A stretch of DNA of 64,000 nucleotides from a virus (IMGVR_UViG_3300033067_001302:1-64000); one strand, 5' to 3'; shown: positions 29,601-40,170, numbered from the stretch's first letter. The notes: a model not told the origin generated them from the sequence alone. Program-made: numbers and translations.

Positions 29601-29690
29601 TACCGTGTAAAGCCCGAAGTATTTCGAGAGCTTACGGATGGATTCCTGAAGTGGGATGGTTGTGGCTGGTTGATTTGCACCGGCTGGCAT
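26637..29690 (-). CDS. large baseplate hub-like structural protein
   Basis: About 1017 aa, following the wedge gene. The C-terminal YYVTGISHRIEAGVFTTDAKF is typical of hub/late-control-D-like proteins. Confidence 0.55.
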   Translation of the reverse strand: MPAGANQPATTIPLQESIRKLSKYFGLYTVRDLAGSIALSQIQGQDTNSSFEIPPPPEWITKMIEVLIDTSTGGYTSQDIVDNINRLLLEGGGAQNIQNVIESLNKSVKVVFGPGDGAGNRAAGEGSGVIKGSTNRPEDSVQAILGSTTINSDRSHPNRDISPSLSAIMVNNVRVLPIHRNVNAVTIFMNALPSIEISRCVPFLEVVFQFSRPPTDADGRIQAPGLIKFIDGAEVANGTRRILLDSSVVKGTNSVGRQQEYTAVGMEVFTAPQTFVNADEDKSQSAHGSDRRSVPIQDKFRPMMTFKSLTVEIVPTTGFMCFKTAKMDFVLHDKSRLAEVADFIRPDLYGNTEILIEYGWSHPDPPSANNMYANLLNGMRCKEKYGIINTSMQFDEAGQAIISLSLAMRGANDFRTETISSDETGVSDIIRQVRNLTEQVGELRRRVFQSNSIGTREVRGVQVLDAASDSNGQLLLTPELRTELANFRAALRNTQNPSARALLGALNNLYGADGRRGQTTQLRSTIQANIARKLARLSRGGVEAFSATPTANYPEGRAAGRRYISYSGDVAREINQADQELRTLGVRPSVTLGSLFLAFVGQPLALSRKFDDVQLIFYPFNSYAGFARTLNIANFQVDTRYFLREYTRYRMENISRAGDMTLQDFLSFVSSTIIEDPAAPSYGLRNPSGTGRPWWTTPSDNAVGSGEAQSTATDSLALQTRIEQLLSGPNGTPDGSFKLPQLDYFIECIPRTARALPEGANSDTASGVSILRVHIFDKHTTSYDTQAALLEANREDELRSIRPVPTQQGGNPGVSQSHAMEANSIIQAAQNAGLITQIPNSNPPIYRINGGPAKLREFMMKTSPYILVGAQGTAVKNAALSTQQNAQLSTVNLLRSFHSDPLEPNGESPGGLPLQVIPCDLSIPSLGCPLLEYGTKFFVDFKTGTTIDNFYYVTGISHRIEAGVFTTDAKFSPYDGWGKYRSLIDTIKNAQTILNDIQANANNTPTGQPTGAPTRLR

Positions 29691-29692
29691 GG

Positions 29693-29980
29693 TTATCCTA
29701 CATAACGCGAAACGTCGGCAAGGTCGGGAATCTTGATGATGGTTCCAACAGGAACCTGAAGGGCCCACCCAATGTCAGAAGCCGCTGCAATTACCCACCA
29801 GAGTCTACCATCTCCGTAGTACATTCCAGCAAGAATATCCAAGCGGTTGCTCTCCTGGAGGGTGAGTTGCTGGAAGCGAATGTTCCCGGCTGCCATGTTT
29901 TCTCGAATGACTGGAAGGGCAAAAGAGGTGCCATAGCGGTATCCAATGCCGATGGTCGGGGTTCTGCCGTAGCGCTTCAT
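29693..29980 (-). CDS. baseplate wedge gp53/LysM-like protein
   Basis: RLDILAGMYYGDGRLWWVIAAASDI...GTIIKIP. Confidence 0.75.
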   Translation of the reverse strand: MKRYGRTPTIGIGYRYGTSFALPVIRENMAAGNIRFQQLTLQESNRLDILAGMYYGDGRLWWVIAAASDIGWALQVPVGTIIKIPDLADVSRYVG

Positions 29981-32900
29981 CTATTATTTCCTACTCCACC
30001 ACCACCCGCACCATTTCCAACACCGACACCGTTGGAGGAACGAGGGAAGGTAAGTTGTTGAGCTCTCTTCATGATGGTTTCTTCTCTGTCAACTTGATGC
30101 TTGTCTTCTGGCATTCCATTGACCCATGTCTTCATGCTGTTCCCGATGTTGTAGACCGGAGCTGTCATGAAGCCATCCGAATCGAGACCTGGGTTGATGT
30201 CGTGAATTGGTTCAAAGTCCATGGAGACTTTTACCATCATTGGAGCACGGGAATTGTGCCTTCCTGTTTCCCACCTTGAGTCGCTCCAATCCATGCGGAG
30301 GTTCTTGATGAATCCAGCCAATCCCTTGCCCTTGGTGCTCTCAAAAGCCTTGATAACAGAGTTTCCGTTATCTCCATTTGGGTTGAAGAAGTCGGAGACC
30401 ACACCTTGGGTGTTGGTGTTGGTGTCAGGGAGATTCTCCTGGGATGATTGATTGTAGGCAATCCTTGTAATCTCTGTTGGATCTGGTCTGAGGTCATACT
30501 GAGAACAGCCGAAAATACCATCTTGTCCCGCCGTTCCATTTGGCACGGAGAAGGTATAGAGCTTCAGGGATGGATCGCTTGTGGAGGTTGTTGATCCGAC
30601 AATTCGAACCTTGACTTCCTGGGAGATTACCAATGGAGCTCCTGCTGGAGATGCCTGCGGGCTTACAGTCCTACCACCGGCTGAATCCGAATTGGTGACC
30701 GAAACAAAGGCGTTGATGCCTGCACCAGCACGTCCTCCAGCACCCGTTCTCTGGACCTGTGAAGGCTGCCCAGGGGAACTGGTGAGGTTTCCAAGGCGAG
30801 GGTAGCCAAGGTTCCTGTTGCCCGCCCCTCGGCTTCTCTGCGTTGGCAATGGGGTAAGGATAGCATACTCCCCAACTTGGTATTCTCCTCTGCGAGACAT
30901 GCGCTCGGTGACCTGTTCACGGTTGCGGAGAAGGGAAGCATTGTAGGTAATCGTGGTGTTTTGTCCCTGAATGGAGAATTGGTTCGAACCAACACCAAAG
31001 AGACGTGCAGCACCAAAACGGGTGTAGTTGCTCTTCCAAACATCCCCGAGACGAAGGCGAACCAATGGAGAAGCTCCGGGAAGTTGGGAGAATGGCTGAA
31101 TGAACTTGTTGTTCGTTGTGCCAACCTGCCTACCTTGGGTGTACTGCGGGTAGACCATCATGATCAACCTGTTCACCTTGTACCACATAGAGTCAAAGTC
31201 ATCCTCGGATGTAGCAACCACACGGAACTCCAAAGAAATCCTCCTTTGGGTGTTCTTGTAGATCATAGCCTTTCCAATTCGACCATAACCGTCAACGTCG
31301 GTGTACTCCGGCTCAAAGGAGTCGCTCATGCTTTCCATGAAGGCGTGGAAGGTAAGGATTTCATTCGTCCTTACATCGTGGAAATAGAACGGCATGTAAT
31401 CGGCTTCCAGGTACTCTTCAAGAAGCTTCACATCCTCCGCTGAGATTCTATTCCCGGTAACATCGCTTGGCCCCTTGACAATGCTCAGATTGTTCTTGGA
31501 CAATGAAGCCCCAAGGGCCTCTGTTGGGTTCCTTGACTGGTCCGTTGATCCAAGGAAAGCTGCTTCTGCCCTGAAGATGCTGTTTGGAATGAGGTACATC
31601 GACTTGGAGGTCTGAGAACCCCAAGCCAAGGCATTTCTGTAAGGTCCAGGAAGACGGTTGGCCGACTGAAGGGCTGCTGGGTTGAGAGCACCCTCTCCCC
31701 TTGGTCCAAGCTGTCCGTCAACAACGATCTTGTCCACGTCGGAGATGAACTCAATCACCTCGCCGTTCTCATCCAGAGCAAATCCTGCATCAGCGTGATT
31801 CATGGCAATATCGCCAATTGTGGCAAGAATATTGCAAAACTTCAGGAGAAGGGAGTTGTTCAGCTTTTGGATGAGCTCGATCGAGCCAAGTGGGTTTCCA
31901 AGGAGGGTAACATCGTTGACGTTCCTTGGCCTATCAGCTTCATTGGTATTCACCATTCCACCGGCTGCTGCCAAGAGGAAGTCTGTGGTGGAACGCACGA
32001 TGGTGCGCATGATCGTGTTGTAGTAGCCGTGGTTCTTTGCGAGTTTTGAGGTGGCATTGGTTGCCGAGGAAAGACCAAAGAACACGTCAACGCCCTTGGA
32101 TACACAAAGGAAGTAATCGTGTGAGGTCTGGGCAATCTGGATCTCAAACTCCGTATTCCGGTAAGCGTCAAGCTCCGATGCCTTTCCAAGAAAAGAACCG
32201 AGTCTCTTCCTGCGGTCTCCTCTCGAAGGATTTCCTCCAAGGTTCGATTCCACGGTTGGACGGCGTGCAGAAATGATTGCTGCTGCACTCTTGATCAACC
32301 CACCAACAGTCAAAGCCAAGAGAGCAGCGGAGGCAACGGAAGCTGTGCTTGTGAGACCAGCAAATGGGGCAAGCCAGTTGTTCACGCTACCGTAGGACAT
32401 TACAGGATCACGGATGATGTTGTCCTCCAAGGAAGGCTTCGTGAAGTCCGGGTTTACATCCTTCATGATCTTCGTTGGACTGATCCTGCTAATGTCGATC
32501 TTCTGCCCCATTCGAGCAAGACCTGGAGCTGTGGAAGCGCCTCTTGCTGCCAACTCTTGTGCAATGTTCTCTGGGTCCGTTGGAATGTAGTATTCCCCGG
32601 AAGCCTGGAGCATTGTGAGAACACCAATCTTCTTCAAATCCCTGAGCTTGACAAGGACAGCGGTGTCCCCGTGAGGAGTTGGGAACTTCTTTGGTCCGTA
32701 CTTTCCAAACTCTTGCTGGGCGTACCCGATCCCCAGGTTGCTTTCCTCTTCCCTCACAGCACCAGCACCGCTGGAACCTGGAGTTTCCACGGACAAACCT
32801 TCATTCATTTCCAAACCGGAGCGCGGAATAAAGGTTTTGCCAAGCGTAAAGCGATTGTTCTGGAATTGTACTTCCCTGACACGCTTCACAAAGCTAGATT

Positions 32901-33372
32901 GCTCGCCTTGGTCGTTGACTTCCTTGAAAATGTCTGTGGCGCTTGGATCATTTGAAGAGCTCTTACCCTTCTTGATACGAAACTTGCCAGAACTGCTATC
33001 AGTATCCAAGAATCCGCTCTCGGAGAGCTTGTTGAACTCCACCTCAGCAGACTTCCCATCAGGACCAGTCTCATGGAGCCCCTTGGTGAAGTGTTCCTGT
33101 CCGTTAGCTCCTGGGTCTGTCAATGGAGCTGGATTGCCAAGGTCATCCTGGAGAGAAAACTTCCCTTGGGTTGTGCTCAAGGGGAATTGGTTGACCGTTT
33201 CGTTGGTGACGTTTACGCCGTACTCGACCATTCGACGAAGAACATCTGGACGGATGTCGTCCTTGTCGATTTGAACGGTGTTGTTGGGACCGGTATTCTC
33301 CAGGTAGGGAACAATTCTGTTCTCCTCCAAGGTTTGCATGAGGTCCCCAAGACGGCGTGAAGTTCTGGACAT
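29977..33372 (-). CDS. large baseplate / tail-tube-initiator-like protein
   Basis: MPFYFHDVRTNEILTFHAF...YGRIGKAMIYKNTQRRISLEF...PLVRLRLGD; located after the tape measure gene. Confidence 0.6.
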   Translation of the reverse strand: MSRTSRRLGDLMQTLEENRIVPYLENTGPNNTVQIDKDDIRPDVLRRMVEYGVNVTNETVNQFPLSTTQGKFSLQDDLGNPAPLTDPGANGQEHFTKGLHETGPDGKSAEVEFNKLSESGFLDTDSSSGKFRIKKGKSSSNDPSATDIFKEVNDQGEQSSFVKRVREVQFQNNRFTLGKTFIPRSGLEMNEGLSVETPGSSGAGAVREEESNLGIGYAQQEFGKYGPKKFPTPHGDTAVLVKLRDLKKIGVLTMLQASGEYYIPTDPENIAQELAARGASTAPGLARMGQKIDISRISPTKIMKDVNPDFTKPSLEDNIIRDPVMSYGSVNNWLAPFAGLTSTASVASAALLALTVGGLIKSAAAIISARRPTVESNLGGNPSRGDRRKRLGSFLGKASELDAYRNTEFEIQIAQTSHDYFLCVSKGVDVFFGLSSATNATSKLAKNHGYYNTIMRTIVRSTTDFLLAAAGGMVNTNEADRPRNVNDVTLLGNPLGSIELIQKLNNSLLLKFCNILATIGDIAMNHADAGFALDENGEVIEFISDVDKIVVDGQLGPRGEGALNPAALQSANRLPGPYRNALAWGSQTSKSMYLIPNSIFRAEAAFLGSTDQSRNPTEALGASLSKNNLSIVKGPSDVTGNRISAEDVKLLEEYLEADYMPFYFHDVRTNEILTFHAFMESMSDSFEPEYTDVDGYGRIGKAMIYKNTQRRISLEFRVVATSEDDFDSMWYKVNRLIMMVYPQYTQGRQVGTTNNKFIQPFSQLPGASPLVRLRLGDVWKSNYTRFGAARLFGVGSNQFSIQGQNTTITYNASLLRNREQVTERMSRRGEYQVGEYAILTPLPTQRSRGAGNRNLGYPRLGNLTSSPGQPSQVQRTGAGGRAGAGINAFVSVTNSDSAGGRTVSPQASPAGAPLVISQEVKVRIVGSTTSTSDPSLKLYTFSVPNGTAGQDGIFGCSQYDLRPDPTEITRIAYNQSSQENLPDTNTNTQGVVSDFFNPNGDNGNSVIKAFESTKGKGLAGFIKNLRMDWSDSRWETGRHNSRAPMMVKVSMDFEPIHDINPGLDSDGFMTAPVYNIGNSMKTWVNGMPEDKHQVDREETIMKRAQQLTFPRSSNGVGVGNGAGGGGVGNNR

Positions 33373-33380
33373 GCCAGTAA

Positions 33381-33557
33381 CTATTCGCTCTTGGGTTTTT
33401 GCATATTCACAGCGGTTTCAATCGGTTTGAGAACCTTTTCCGTGAATTCCTTCTGAAGATTTGCCAAGCCCTCCAAAACCCTTGCTCTCTCGTCCTCTGG
33501 AATCATCGCAAGGAGCTCTTGAAACTCCTTGGATTCCATGATATTACTATCTGCCAT
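33381..33557 (-). CDS. small hypothetical protein (58 aa, not in the ORF track)
   Basis: MADSNIMESKEFQELLAMIPEDERARVLEGLANLQKEFTEKVLKPIETAVNMQKPKSE*; GAGGT SD; exactly fills the gap. Confidence 0.75.
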   Translation of the reverse strand: MADSNIMESKEFQELLAMIPEDERARVLEGLANLQKEFTEKVLKPIETAVNMQKPKSE

Positions 33558-33559
33558 GG

Positions 33560-36500
33560 TTACCTCTCAAGCGAGCCGTGGTTGATGCGTGTTGGGTGAG
33601 GACCCACACGACGAAGCATTCCAAGTTCAAGTGCATCAAGACCGTTATTGTCCAACTTGATCGTGACGTTGACGTTAACCGTGAAGTTTCGGTTCTGGAT
33701 TGTGTACTCACCCTGGGAACCAAGGCCAATCGAGTCCCCCAGGTGTTGCAGGCTTTGTTCGATCTCAATTGGCCTGATTCCACGGATAGTCGCCGAGAGC
33801 TGGTTCACATGAGCAACCATATCGGTGACAACTGTGGCAATTCGAGCAAACTGAACCCGCTCAATTTGATTAGCAACGTTGGAGGTCACTGTAGCGATGT
33901 TCTCCACCCTGGAAAGGGATTGGATCATTTGCGGAATCTGGCTAAGCGTGTTGAACACAGCTCGCATTGAATCCAACTTGGCTGAGAATGCTGCTGGATT
34001 GCCAATAACAGCGCCAACAGATTTAAGCTGTGGGACGATTGTCTGAAGAATTGAAATCAAACCCTTGCTACCTTCTCCTCCAGTCAAGGTGAGCAAGAGA
34101 AGGTTCATCGTATGGGTGATATCTCTCAAGGTTGTCATCTGCCCAACGCCCTGATCGCCCGCCGAGCCCTTGAACGACTGGATGAATCTTGGGATCTCAG
34201 AAACAACTTGGAACAAGCTCTGCATTGCCTGCATTCCCCTTGTAAGACTGGAGGCTTCCTTTACGGAGATTCCAGCGAAAGCAGCGCGCATGTTCGTCAC
34301 AAGAACAGGGAGGTCATCCTTCACTCTGGAGAAGAAGGTATTAACCAAGTTCGTCATCTGGAAGATGGTTCCGGCATCGGCAGGAGTTGTTCTTGCAGCC
34401 AACCCAGTATCACCCCCACCTTGTCCTCGTGCAAGTCCGGCAATAATGGACCCAATCGACCCAATAACAGTAAAGATTGGACCGATTGCTGGTGCAATTG
34501 CCTGCAAAGCTTTCACTTGCTCTGGATTCAGGCTTTCAACACTCGATGCGACTGACTTGAGCAGGTCGCCAATCTTCACAAAAAGATCGCTGCCAGTAAT
34601 CGTTCGCATTGTATCACGGATAAACGCGCTCATGTGCTGCACTACACCGTGAAATTGAGCTCCTCGATTCATCTCAGCCAAGAGGGAAGCACTTGGACGC
34701 AAAGCCTGTGCCATATCTCCAACCCCTGCCAGGATGCTTGGAATTACCTGAGCGGCCTTTGCCTGTGCTTCGGTAAAGCCACTTGGGAGGTTTGTGGTCA
34801 CCGTAGCAACCACCGTCCTCACGAACTGGCTGAGCTTGTTACCAACCTCGCTAACGTAGTCAGTCATCAAACTAATGCGACGAGCAACACTGTCTCCTTC
34901 CAAACCTTGCAGGAAGCTAGGCTCGTTAATGGCTTCAGAAGGTGGTTTCAGGGCATTTGCCAAGCCGGAAACACCGGAAAGAAGGTCTCCGATGATCTGG
35001 GCAGACTTCACCTGCTGCTCGCTACCTGTCAAACCCTGGACGTTCGTCCTGATGGCGTCGACAATTCGAACAATCTGGCCACCCAGGGCGTTAATCAAGT
35101 TCTCGACTTGCTTGAGATTTTCCTTTTGCTGAGCCGCTCCTGTCCCACGGATGAAGTCAATGAAGCTCGGGGTTGTAGCCGATACCATCTGAGCAACATT
35201 GGCTGCAAACTGTCCAACGCCCTTCATTACCTCGACGAAGATTTTAGCTTTATCAGCAAATCCTGGTCCTGGACGGAAATTGTCAATTGCTCTCATGATC
35301 GCCATTCCCTGGACGGTCATCACAGCAATGCTTGCAGCAATTGTTGCCATACCAGCAGCGATTACCAATGCTCCAACACCACCACCGGCTGTTGCAGCCA
35401 AACCAACAACTCCAGCAATTGCCACCACAGCGGAGGCTGCAAGGAAGAAGGTTCCCATGGCTCCCATTACCAAGACGCTCTTGGTAATCTTGGAGGTCTC
35501 GATGTTGCCAAAGAGCTTGATCAACCCAACCGTTGCATAGGCCATTGCAGCCCCCACAACGCCGATCATTGCCACGCCAATAGCGATCTTACCAACCATG
35601 CCAGCGTTCAGGTTGATGGCACTGAGAAGCTTCACAGCCCCGGCAATTGCCAACATCGAGGTGGCTGTGGTGATCATCGCACCGGCTGCTGCTGCAATGG
35701 ATTGGGTGGTCAGTCTGTTCTCCTGCATTGCCTTAGCGAAGCGGAAGATAGCATACATGATTCCGGCCATACCGACGGTGATGAAGAGGGTGATTGCAGC
35801 CATCTTCACCAAGGCAGCACCCCAATTTACCTTTGAGGTTGAGGCTGCCGTTGCAGCTTGCTCTGCACCCTTGATTACGCCTGCGGCTGCTCCACCGGCA
35901 CCAGCTCCACCGGCTGGTGGAATTGGAAGCTTGGACATTGCCTGGGAAGCTGCACTGACCTGGGTTGCGAACATTCCCTTGACAGAGTTGAAAGCCTTTG
36001 AAATGCCGCCGCTCTGAGCCCAATTCATGAGTCCTGTAGCGAAGGCTCCAGCAATGCTCGTGGAGATAGCTCTTCCGGCCATTCCAACAAATGCCGGAGC
36101 CGCAAGAGCCCCAATCACCTTCATGAAGTTCTCCTTCACCCAGGGTTCAACTTTGACCCAGAGGGCAGAGAACATCTCCTTGGTTGCTTTCCAGAGTCCC
36201 GGACCTGCTTCCTTGATCGCATCGACGATTGGACCAAGGAGTTGAGCAACAAAGCTCTGGGCTCCACTTGCAGCACCACCGGCTCCACCAAGTCCCTTGC
36301 GTCCAGTGATAATGTCGGTTACCTCTCGCAGCCCCTTGGTAAGGGTTGTCATGGCGATCTTGAGCATTCCACCAGCAATGTTGGAGAGGGCGACGAAGAA
36401 CTTCTTGAATCCATCGAGGATACGTTGGCTGTTCGGCGAGTTGTTGCCAAACCAGCTAAAAAAGTCGTCCTTGAGATGCTCCAGGAGCTTTGGGAGAGCT

Positions 36501-38224
36501 GTCTTTGGATTGTCGGTCATGTCCTTGAAGAAGACCTTGAAGGTCTCCGTGATTCTTGAGAACATGGCTCTGAACTTGCGCGGCTCAAAGAGGTCTCCAA
36601 TTCCCTTGAAAACATCCTTCACCCCAGGGAACATGTCGACGAAGGCTCTACCAACCTTGATTCCTTCGTAATATGCAGTTCTCAGATCAATCCTGAGCTC
36701 CCGCATAATCTTCCTGAACTCGCTGGAACGCTGGATACCAACCGTGAATCCCTGGATGAACCTATCGAAGAATCCACCCTTACCAAAGGACCCCGACTTT
36801 ACCAACCTCTCGATGGAATCAGCCAAAGCCTTCATTGCCTGCGTCTGAGTCAATTGAGACTTCTTTGCGGCATCGGCTTTCTTGGTGACTTGATCGTAAG
36901 TCATGCCCTGGTTCTTCATGGAGAACACAAGGTCAAGAGCGGAGTCCTCAAGGCCAGTTTGCTGGGCCAGCAAGGTCCTTTCCTGGCGGGTCATTGTCTC
37001 AACCGACCTGCCTGCCTGGAAGAATGCTTTCCTCAACTGCTCGACCCTTTCAGCAGGGTTCTGAGCCTTCATCATCTCAAGGGCGTCAACATTCAGCCCG
37101 AATGCCTGGGAGAGTTGAGCTGCACCCTCTGCGGCATCCGTGAAGTTGTCGTACTTCTCAATGACACCCATGACCTTGGAAACTTCAACGCCCAAACGGC
37201 GGAAGTAGGTCACAGCTTGACCGATTTCCTTGATGGCAATTCCACCAAAGTGCTTGAAGTCAGCCATCAAAGTTCCCATGTCTCTGGAAATCTCCTTGGC
37301 TGAGCCTGCCGTTCCTCCAAACGCCTTGCTTAGTTGCGTGGAATAGTTGGTGATCTGTCGAAGTTCTTCAGTTACGGCTGTTCCAAGGGCATGAGACCGT
37401 GTTGCAACCGCCTTTTGAGCCTCATCTGTTAGACCAAGGCCCTTGTAGTAGGCTCCAATGGACTCGGCATTCTGAACGAACTGCTTGGAGAGGTTGGCAA
37501 AGAGCGGCCCAAGGTTATGGGCATACTCCTGAAGGTATTTCAACCTTTCGGCGAGGTTTCCAAAAATCCTCGTGACAGAGAGTCCTGTCTGGGCCAGTTC
37601 CCCCTTCATGTTCTTTGCCATGTCAACAATGGCACGACCGGAGGTCTCCCTGAGAGAGCCAAATTCCTTTCGAATGTCCTCCAAAGCCTGAGCCAAGGCA
37701 GTATCCGCACCACCTGCATCGGCCATGGTGATCAACCCCTTCAACATCTTGAAAGGAATAGACAAGATGGCAATGCCAATTTGCCCAAGGGACTCAACCA
37801 AACCAAGACCTGCACTGGCGGCTGTCTTGAGCATGTTGGAGGAGAACTTCAAGCCCTGGACGAATCCGTCAATCGAGGAGGCTGCTACGGAGAACCTCTT
37901 CACTTGCTTGGTCAGGGTATCCATCCCCTTACCTGTAGCTTGCTCCTTCTCAAGGGCTTCTTTCAGGGAGGAGTTCACCTTGTCGAACACATCTTGATTG
38001 GTGGAACCGAAGTCCTTCGATTTCTGAGATGCTTCTTCAACAGCCCGAGTTGTGTCTTCGACACTTGAGGCAACATCCTTGAAATTTGCCGACTTCATTG
38101 CTGAAACAAGGTTTTGCGTCAAAGACACTTGGTCTTTGAGGAGCTTGGAGGAGCTCTCCAAGAGCTTGTTCTGCTCAGCAATCAGTTCGTTGAGCTGAAG
38201 TTGAATATCAAGGTTGTTAGCCAT
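33560..38224 (-). CDS. tape measure protein
   Basis: 1554 aa, Ala/Gly-rich and helical with hydrophobic segments; located upstream of the baseplate genes. Confidence 0.8.
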   Translation of the reverse strand: MANNLDIQLQLNELIAEQNKLLESSSKLLKDQVSLTQNLVSAMKSANFKDVASSVEDTTRAVEEASQKSKDFGSTNQDVFDKVNSSLKEALEKEQATGKGMDTLTKQVKRFSVAASSIDGFVQGLKFSSNMLKTAASAGLGLVESLGQIGIAILSIPFKMLKGLITMADAGGADTALAQALEDIRKEFGSLRETSGRAIVDMAKNMKGELAQTGLSVTRIFGNLAERLKYLQEYAHNLGPLFANLSKQFVQNAESIGAYYKGLGLTDEAQKAVATRSHALGTAVTEELRQITNYSTQLSKAFGGTAGSAKEISRDMGTLMADFKHFGGIAIKEIGQAVTYFRRLGVEVSKVMGVIEKYDNFTDAAEGAAQLSQAFGLNVDALEMMKAQNPAERVEQLRKAFFQAGRSVETMTRQERTLLAQQTGLEDSALDLVFSMKNQGMTYDQVTKKADAAKKSQLTQTQAMKALADSIERLVKSGSFGKGGFFDRFIQGFTVGIQRSSEFRKIMRELRIDLRTAYYEGIKVGRAFVDMFPGVKDVFKGIGDLFEPRKFRAMFSRITETFKVFFKDMTDNPKTALPKLLEHLKDDFFSWFGNNSPNSQRILDGFKKFFVALSNIAGGMLKIAMTTLTKGLREVTDIITGRKGLGGAGGAASGAQSFVAQLLGPIVDAIKEAGPGLWKATKEMFSALWVKVEPWVKENFMKVIGALAAPAFVGMAGRAISTSIAGAFATGLMNWAQSGGISKAFNSVKGMFATQVSAASQAMSKLPIPPAGGAGAGGAAAGVIKGAEQAATAASTSKVNWGAALVKMAAITLFITVGMAGIMYAIFRFAKAMQENRLTTQSIAAAAGAMITTATSMLAIAGAVKLLSAINLNAGMVGKIAIGVAMIGVVGAAMAYATVGLIKLFGNIETSKITKSVLVMGAMGTFFLAASAVVAIAGVVGLAATAGGGVGALVIAAGMATIAASIAVMTVQGMAIMRAIDNFRPGPGFADKAKIFVEVMKGVGQFAANVAQMVSATTPSFIDFIRGTGAAQQKENLKQVENLINALGGQIVRIVDAIRTNVQGLTGSEQQVKSAQIIGDLLSGVSGLANALKPPSEAINEPSFLQGLEGDSVARRISLMTDYVSEVGNKLSQFVRTVVATVTTNLPSGFTEAQAKAAQVIPSILAGVGDMAQALRPSASLLAEMNRGAQFHGVVQHMSAFIRDTMRTITGSDLFVKIGDLLKSVASSVESLNPEQVKALQAIAPAIGPIFTVIGSIGSIIAGLARGQGGGDTGLAARTTPADAGTIFQMTNLVNTFFSRVKDDLPVLVTNMRAAFAGISVKEASSLTRGMQAMQSLFQVVSEIPRFIQSFKGSAGDQGVGQMTTLRDITHTMNLLLLTLTGGEGSKGLISILQTIVPQLKSVGAVIGNPAAFSAKLDSMRAVFNTLSQIPQMIQSLSRVENIATVTSNVANQIERVQFARIATVVTDMVAHVNQLSATIRGIRPIEIEQSLQHLGDSIGLGSQGEYTIQNRNFTVNVNVTIKLDNNGLDALELGMLRRVGPHPTRINHGSLER

Positions 38225-38282
38225 CTGCTACTTCGGGAATAATTAGACTCGTGTCCAATTCGCCGGATGTTTTCGGCTAACC

Positions 38283-38561
38283 GTGGGAAGCAACATGTCA
38301 GACTACAAACTCTCAGCAACAGGAAAGCTTTTCTTTGCTTCTTTGGTTGCCGCAATGCAAGGCGGCAAATCCTCCATCAAGATCAAAGGGACGCCGCAGT
38401 ACATCAAGGCACTTACTGACGTAATCAAGGCTTCAAAAGCCTTCCAGGAAGAAGTGGAAAAACCTGATGCTACGATCGAATCCGTAATTGAAAAGATGCG
38501 CCTAAAGAACATGGCCGCAGCAGATTTCAAAGTTCAAACAGGATTTCCTTGGCCTTTGTGA
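38283..38561 (+). CDS. hypothetical protein
   Basis: 92-aa ORF starting a short plus-strand island. Confidence 0.7.
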   Translation: MGSNMSDYKLSATGKLFFASLVAAMQGGKSSIKIKGTPQYIKALTDVIKASKAFQEEVEKPDATIESVIEKMRLKNMAAADFKVQTGFPWPL

Positions 38562-38609
38562 GACAAAACCTCCCCTCTGTGTTACACTCCTCTCTGGAGT
38601 CACAAACAC

Positions 38610-39491
38610 ATGAAGTTCAACTACGAAGGTCATTCTCTCAAATCAGGCATCTACAAGCTGGTCAATACTAGCAATGGCCGATTATACATTGGCAGCGCAA
38701 AAGAATTCAAAGAGCGTTGGCAAGCTCATGCACGGCAATTGAAAGCTGGCAAACACTCAAACAAATACCTCCAAAACGACTTCAATAAGTGTGGATCGGA
38801 GGTGTTTGAGTTTCATGTTGTCGAACTAACTGATGTTTCCAAGGAACAGAGGATGCTTCGAGAGCAACACTATTTGGACCAACTCCACGACAACATGGAT
38901 AATTGTTACAACTTCAAAAAACAAGCACAGTCACCGGAAGGTGAAAAGTTTGGGCGTTCAATGAAGGAGATTTGGGAACGGCCCGAGTATCGTGCTCGAC
39001 AATCTGAGATTCAATCTCAACGAACCAAGGAGTTGTGGCAGGACCCCGAGTACCGTGCCAAGCACGAGGAGAAGATTCGAGAGTTCACTCAGACAGAGGA
39101 ATACCGAGAAAAGCTTCGGGAATTCACTAAGGCCCGCTGGGCTAATCCTGAGTTCCGAGAGCAGGTGGCGAGCTCCTTTCAGAGTGAAGAGTTCAAAAAG
39201 AAGGTGGGGGACCACTCCAGGACTCTTTGGCAAGATGAAGAGTATAGAGCCAAGCAATCAGAATCCCGTAAAGCAGCATGGGACTCTGATCCTGAGCGCA
39301 AACGGAAGGCATCTGAGCGGCTGAAAGGCCGAATGGCAAAGACCTACACTCTTCGAAGCCCCGAAGGAGAAGTGGTGACTTTCACCAACATGCAGGCTTT
39401 CTGCTTGGAGCGGGGCCTTCAACCTTCTGGCCTGTGCAAGGTTGCAAATGGCAAATGGGCTTCATACAAGGGATGGACCAAACCTAGTTAG
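38610..39491 (+). mobile_element. GIY-YIG homing endonuclease with W..PEYR repeats
   Basis: SGIYKLVNTSNGRLYIGSAKEFKERW..H; repeats WERPEYR, WQDPEYR, WANPEFR, WQDEEYR. Confidence 0.9.
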
Positions 39492-39501
39492 CTGATAGCT
39501 C

Positions 39502-40167
39502 ATGACAGTTCAATACTCCCTAGTTTCCAACGAAGACGACGAAGATGGCTTCATTAACCAACTCTATGAGCTTAGTAATGCCGTTGGCATTCACTTCAAT
39601 CGAGCAGAAGAGCCATTTGAAGTAGCTCTCGTGGATGGCGAAGTGGTGGGCGGCTCCGTCGTCTCATTGTCGATGGACGAGGTCGGTTTCAGTGTGGTGA
39701 TTAACCCTCAGCATCAGGGGCTTGGCATTGGGAAGACACTGATTGCTCATATCCTTAGTCATGCCAGGGAAATGGGTGCTGCATCCGTCTATGCGGACGT
39801 GGTGAATGATACGGTGTTAAGGCCATATTTGGCGAAACTAGGCTTCCACGAAGAAGAGGGTAGAATCATGCGAAAGCAACTCCAGGAAACAAAAACAACC
39901 ATGAAGAAATCGGAACTGATCAAGCTCATCCAAGAGAGCGTATCGAATGCTCTCAAGGAATACGACGAAGGGGACAAGGCTCTCCAAGCGGACGTTCGCC
40001 TCGACCAAGCTGTTAGGGAGGCTGACCAACTTGTGGACTCCCTGAGAGCTCTGGTGAAGGCAATGCAGCGCAAGCAGGACTTTGCCATGCTCTCGATGTT
40101 CAACAAGTCGCTTGGTGGCTTCGTCCAAAAGGTAGCGACGGCTGTTAGAACCGGAAAGGTTCAGTAA
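39502..40167 (+). CDS. GNAT acetyltransferase fused to a head-protein-like helical segment
   Basis: VVINPQHQGLGIGKTLI...YLAKLGF, then LQE TKTT MKKSELIKLIQESV. Confidence 0.75.
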   Translation: MTVQYSLVSNEDDEDGFINQLYELSNAVGIHFNRAEEPFEVALVDGEVVGGSVVSLSMDEVGFSVVINPQHQGLGIGKTLIAHILSHAREMGAASVYADVVNDTVLRPYLAKLGFHEEEGRIMRKQLQETKTTMKKSELIKLIQESVSNALKEYDEGDKALQADVRLDQAVREADQLVDSLRALVKAMQRKQDFAMLSMFNKSLGGFVQKVATAVRTGKVQ

Positions 40168-40170
40168 CCC

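Noticed and set aside
38950-39300. W..PEYR repeats as a novel repeat system
   Set aside because: They are protein-level helical DNA-binding repeats typical of GIY-YIG endonuclease C-terminal regions.
38561-39502. Gene-end duplication around the plus-strand GIY-YIG
   Set aside because: The flanks are short and show no remnant of either neighbour.
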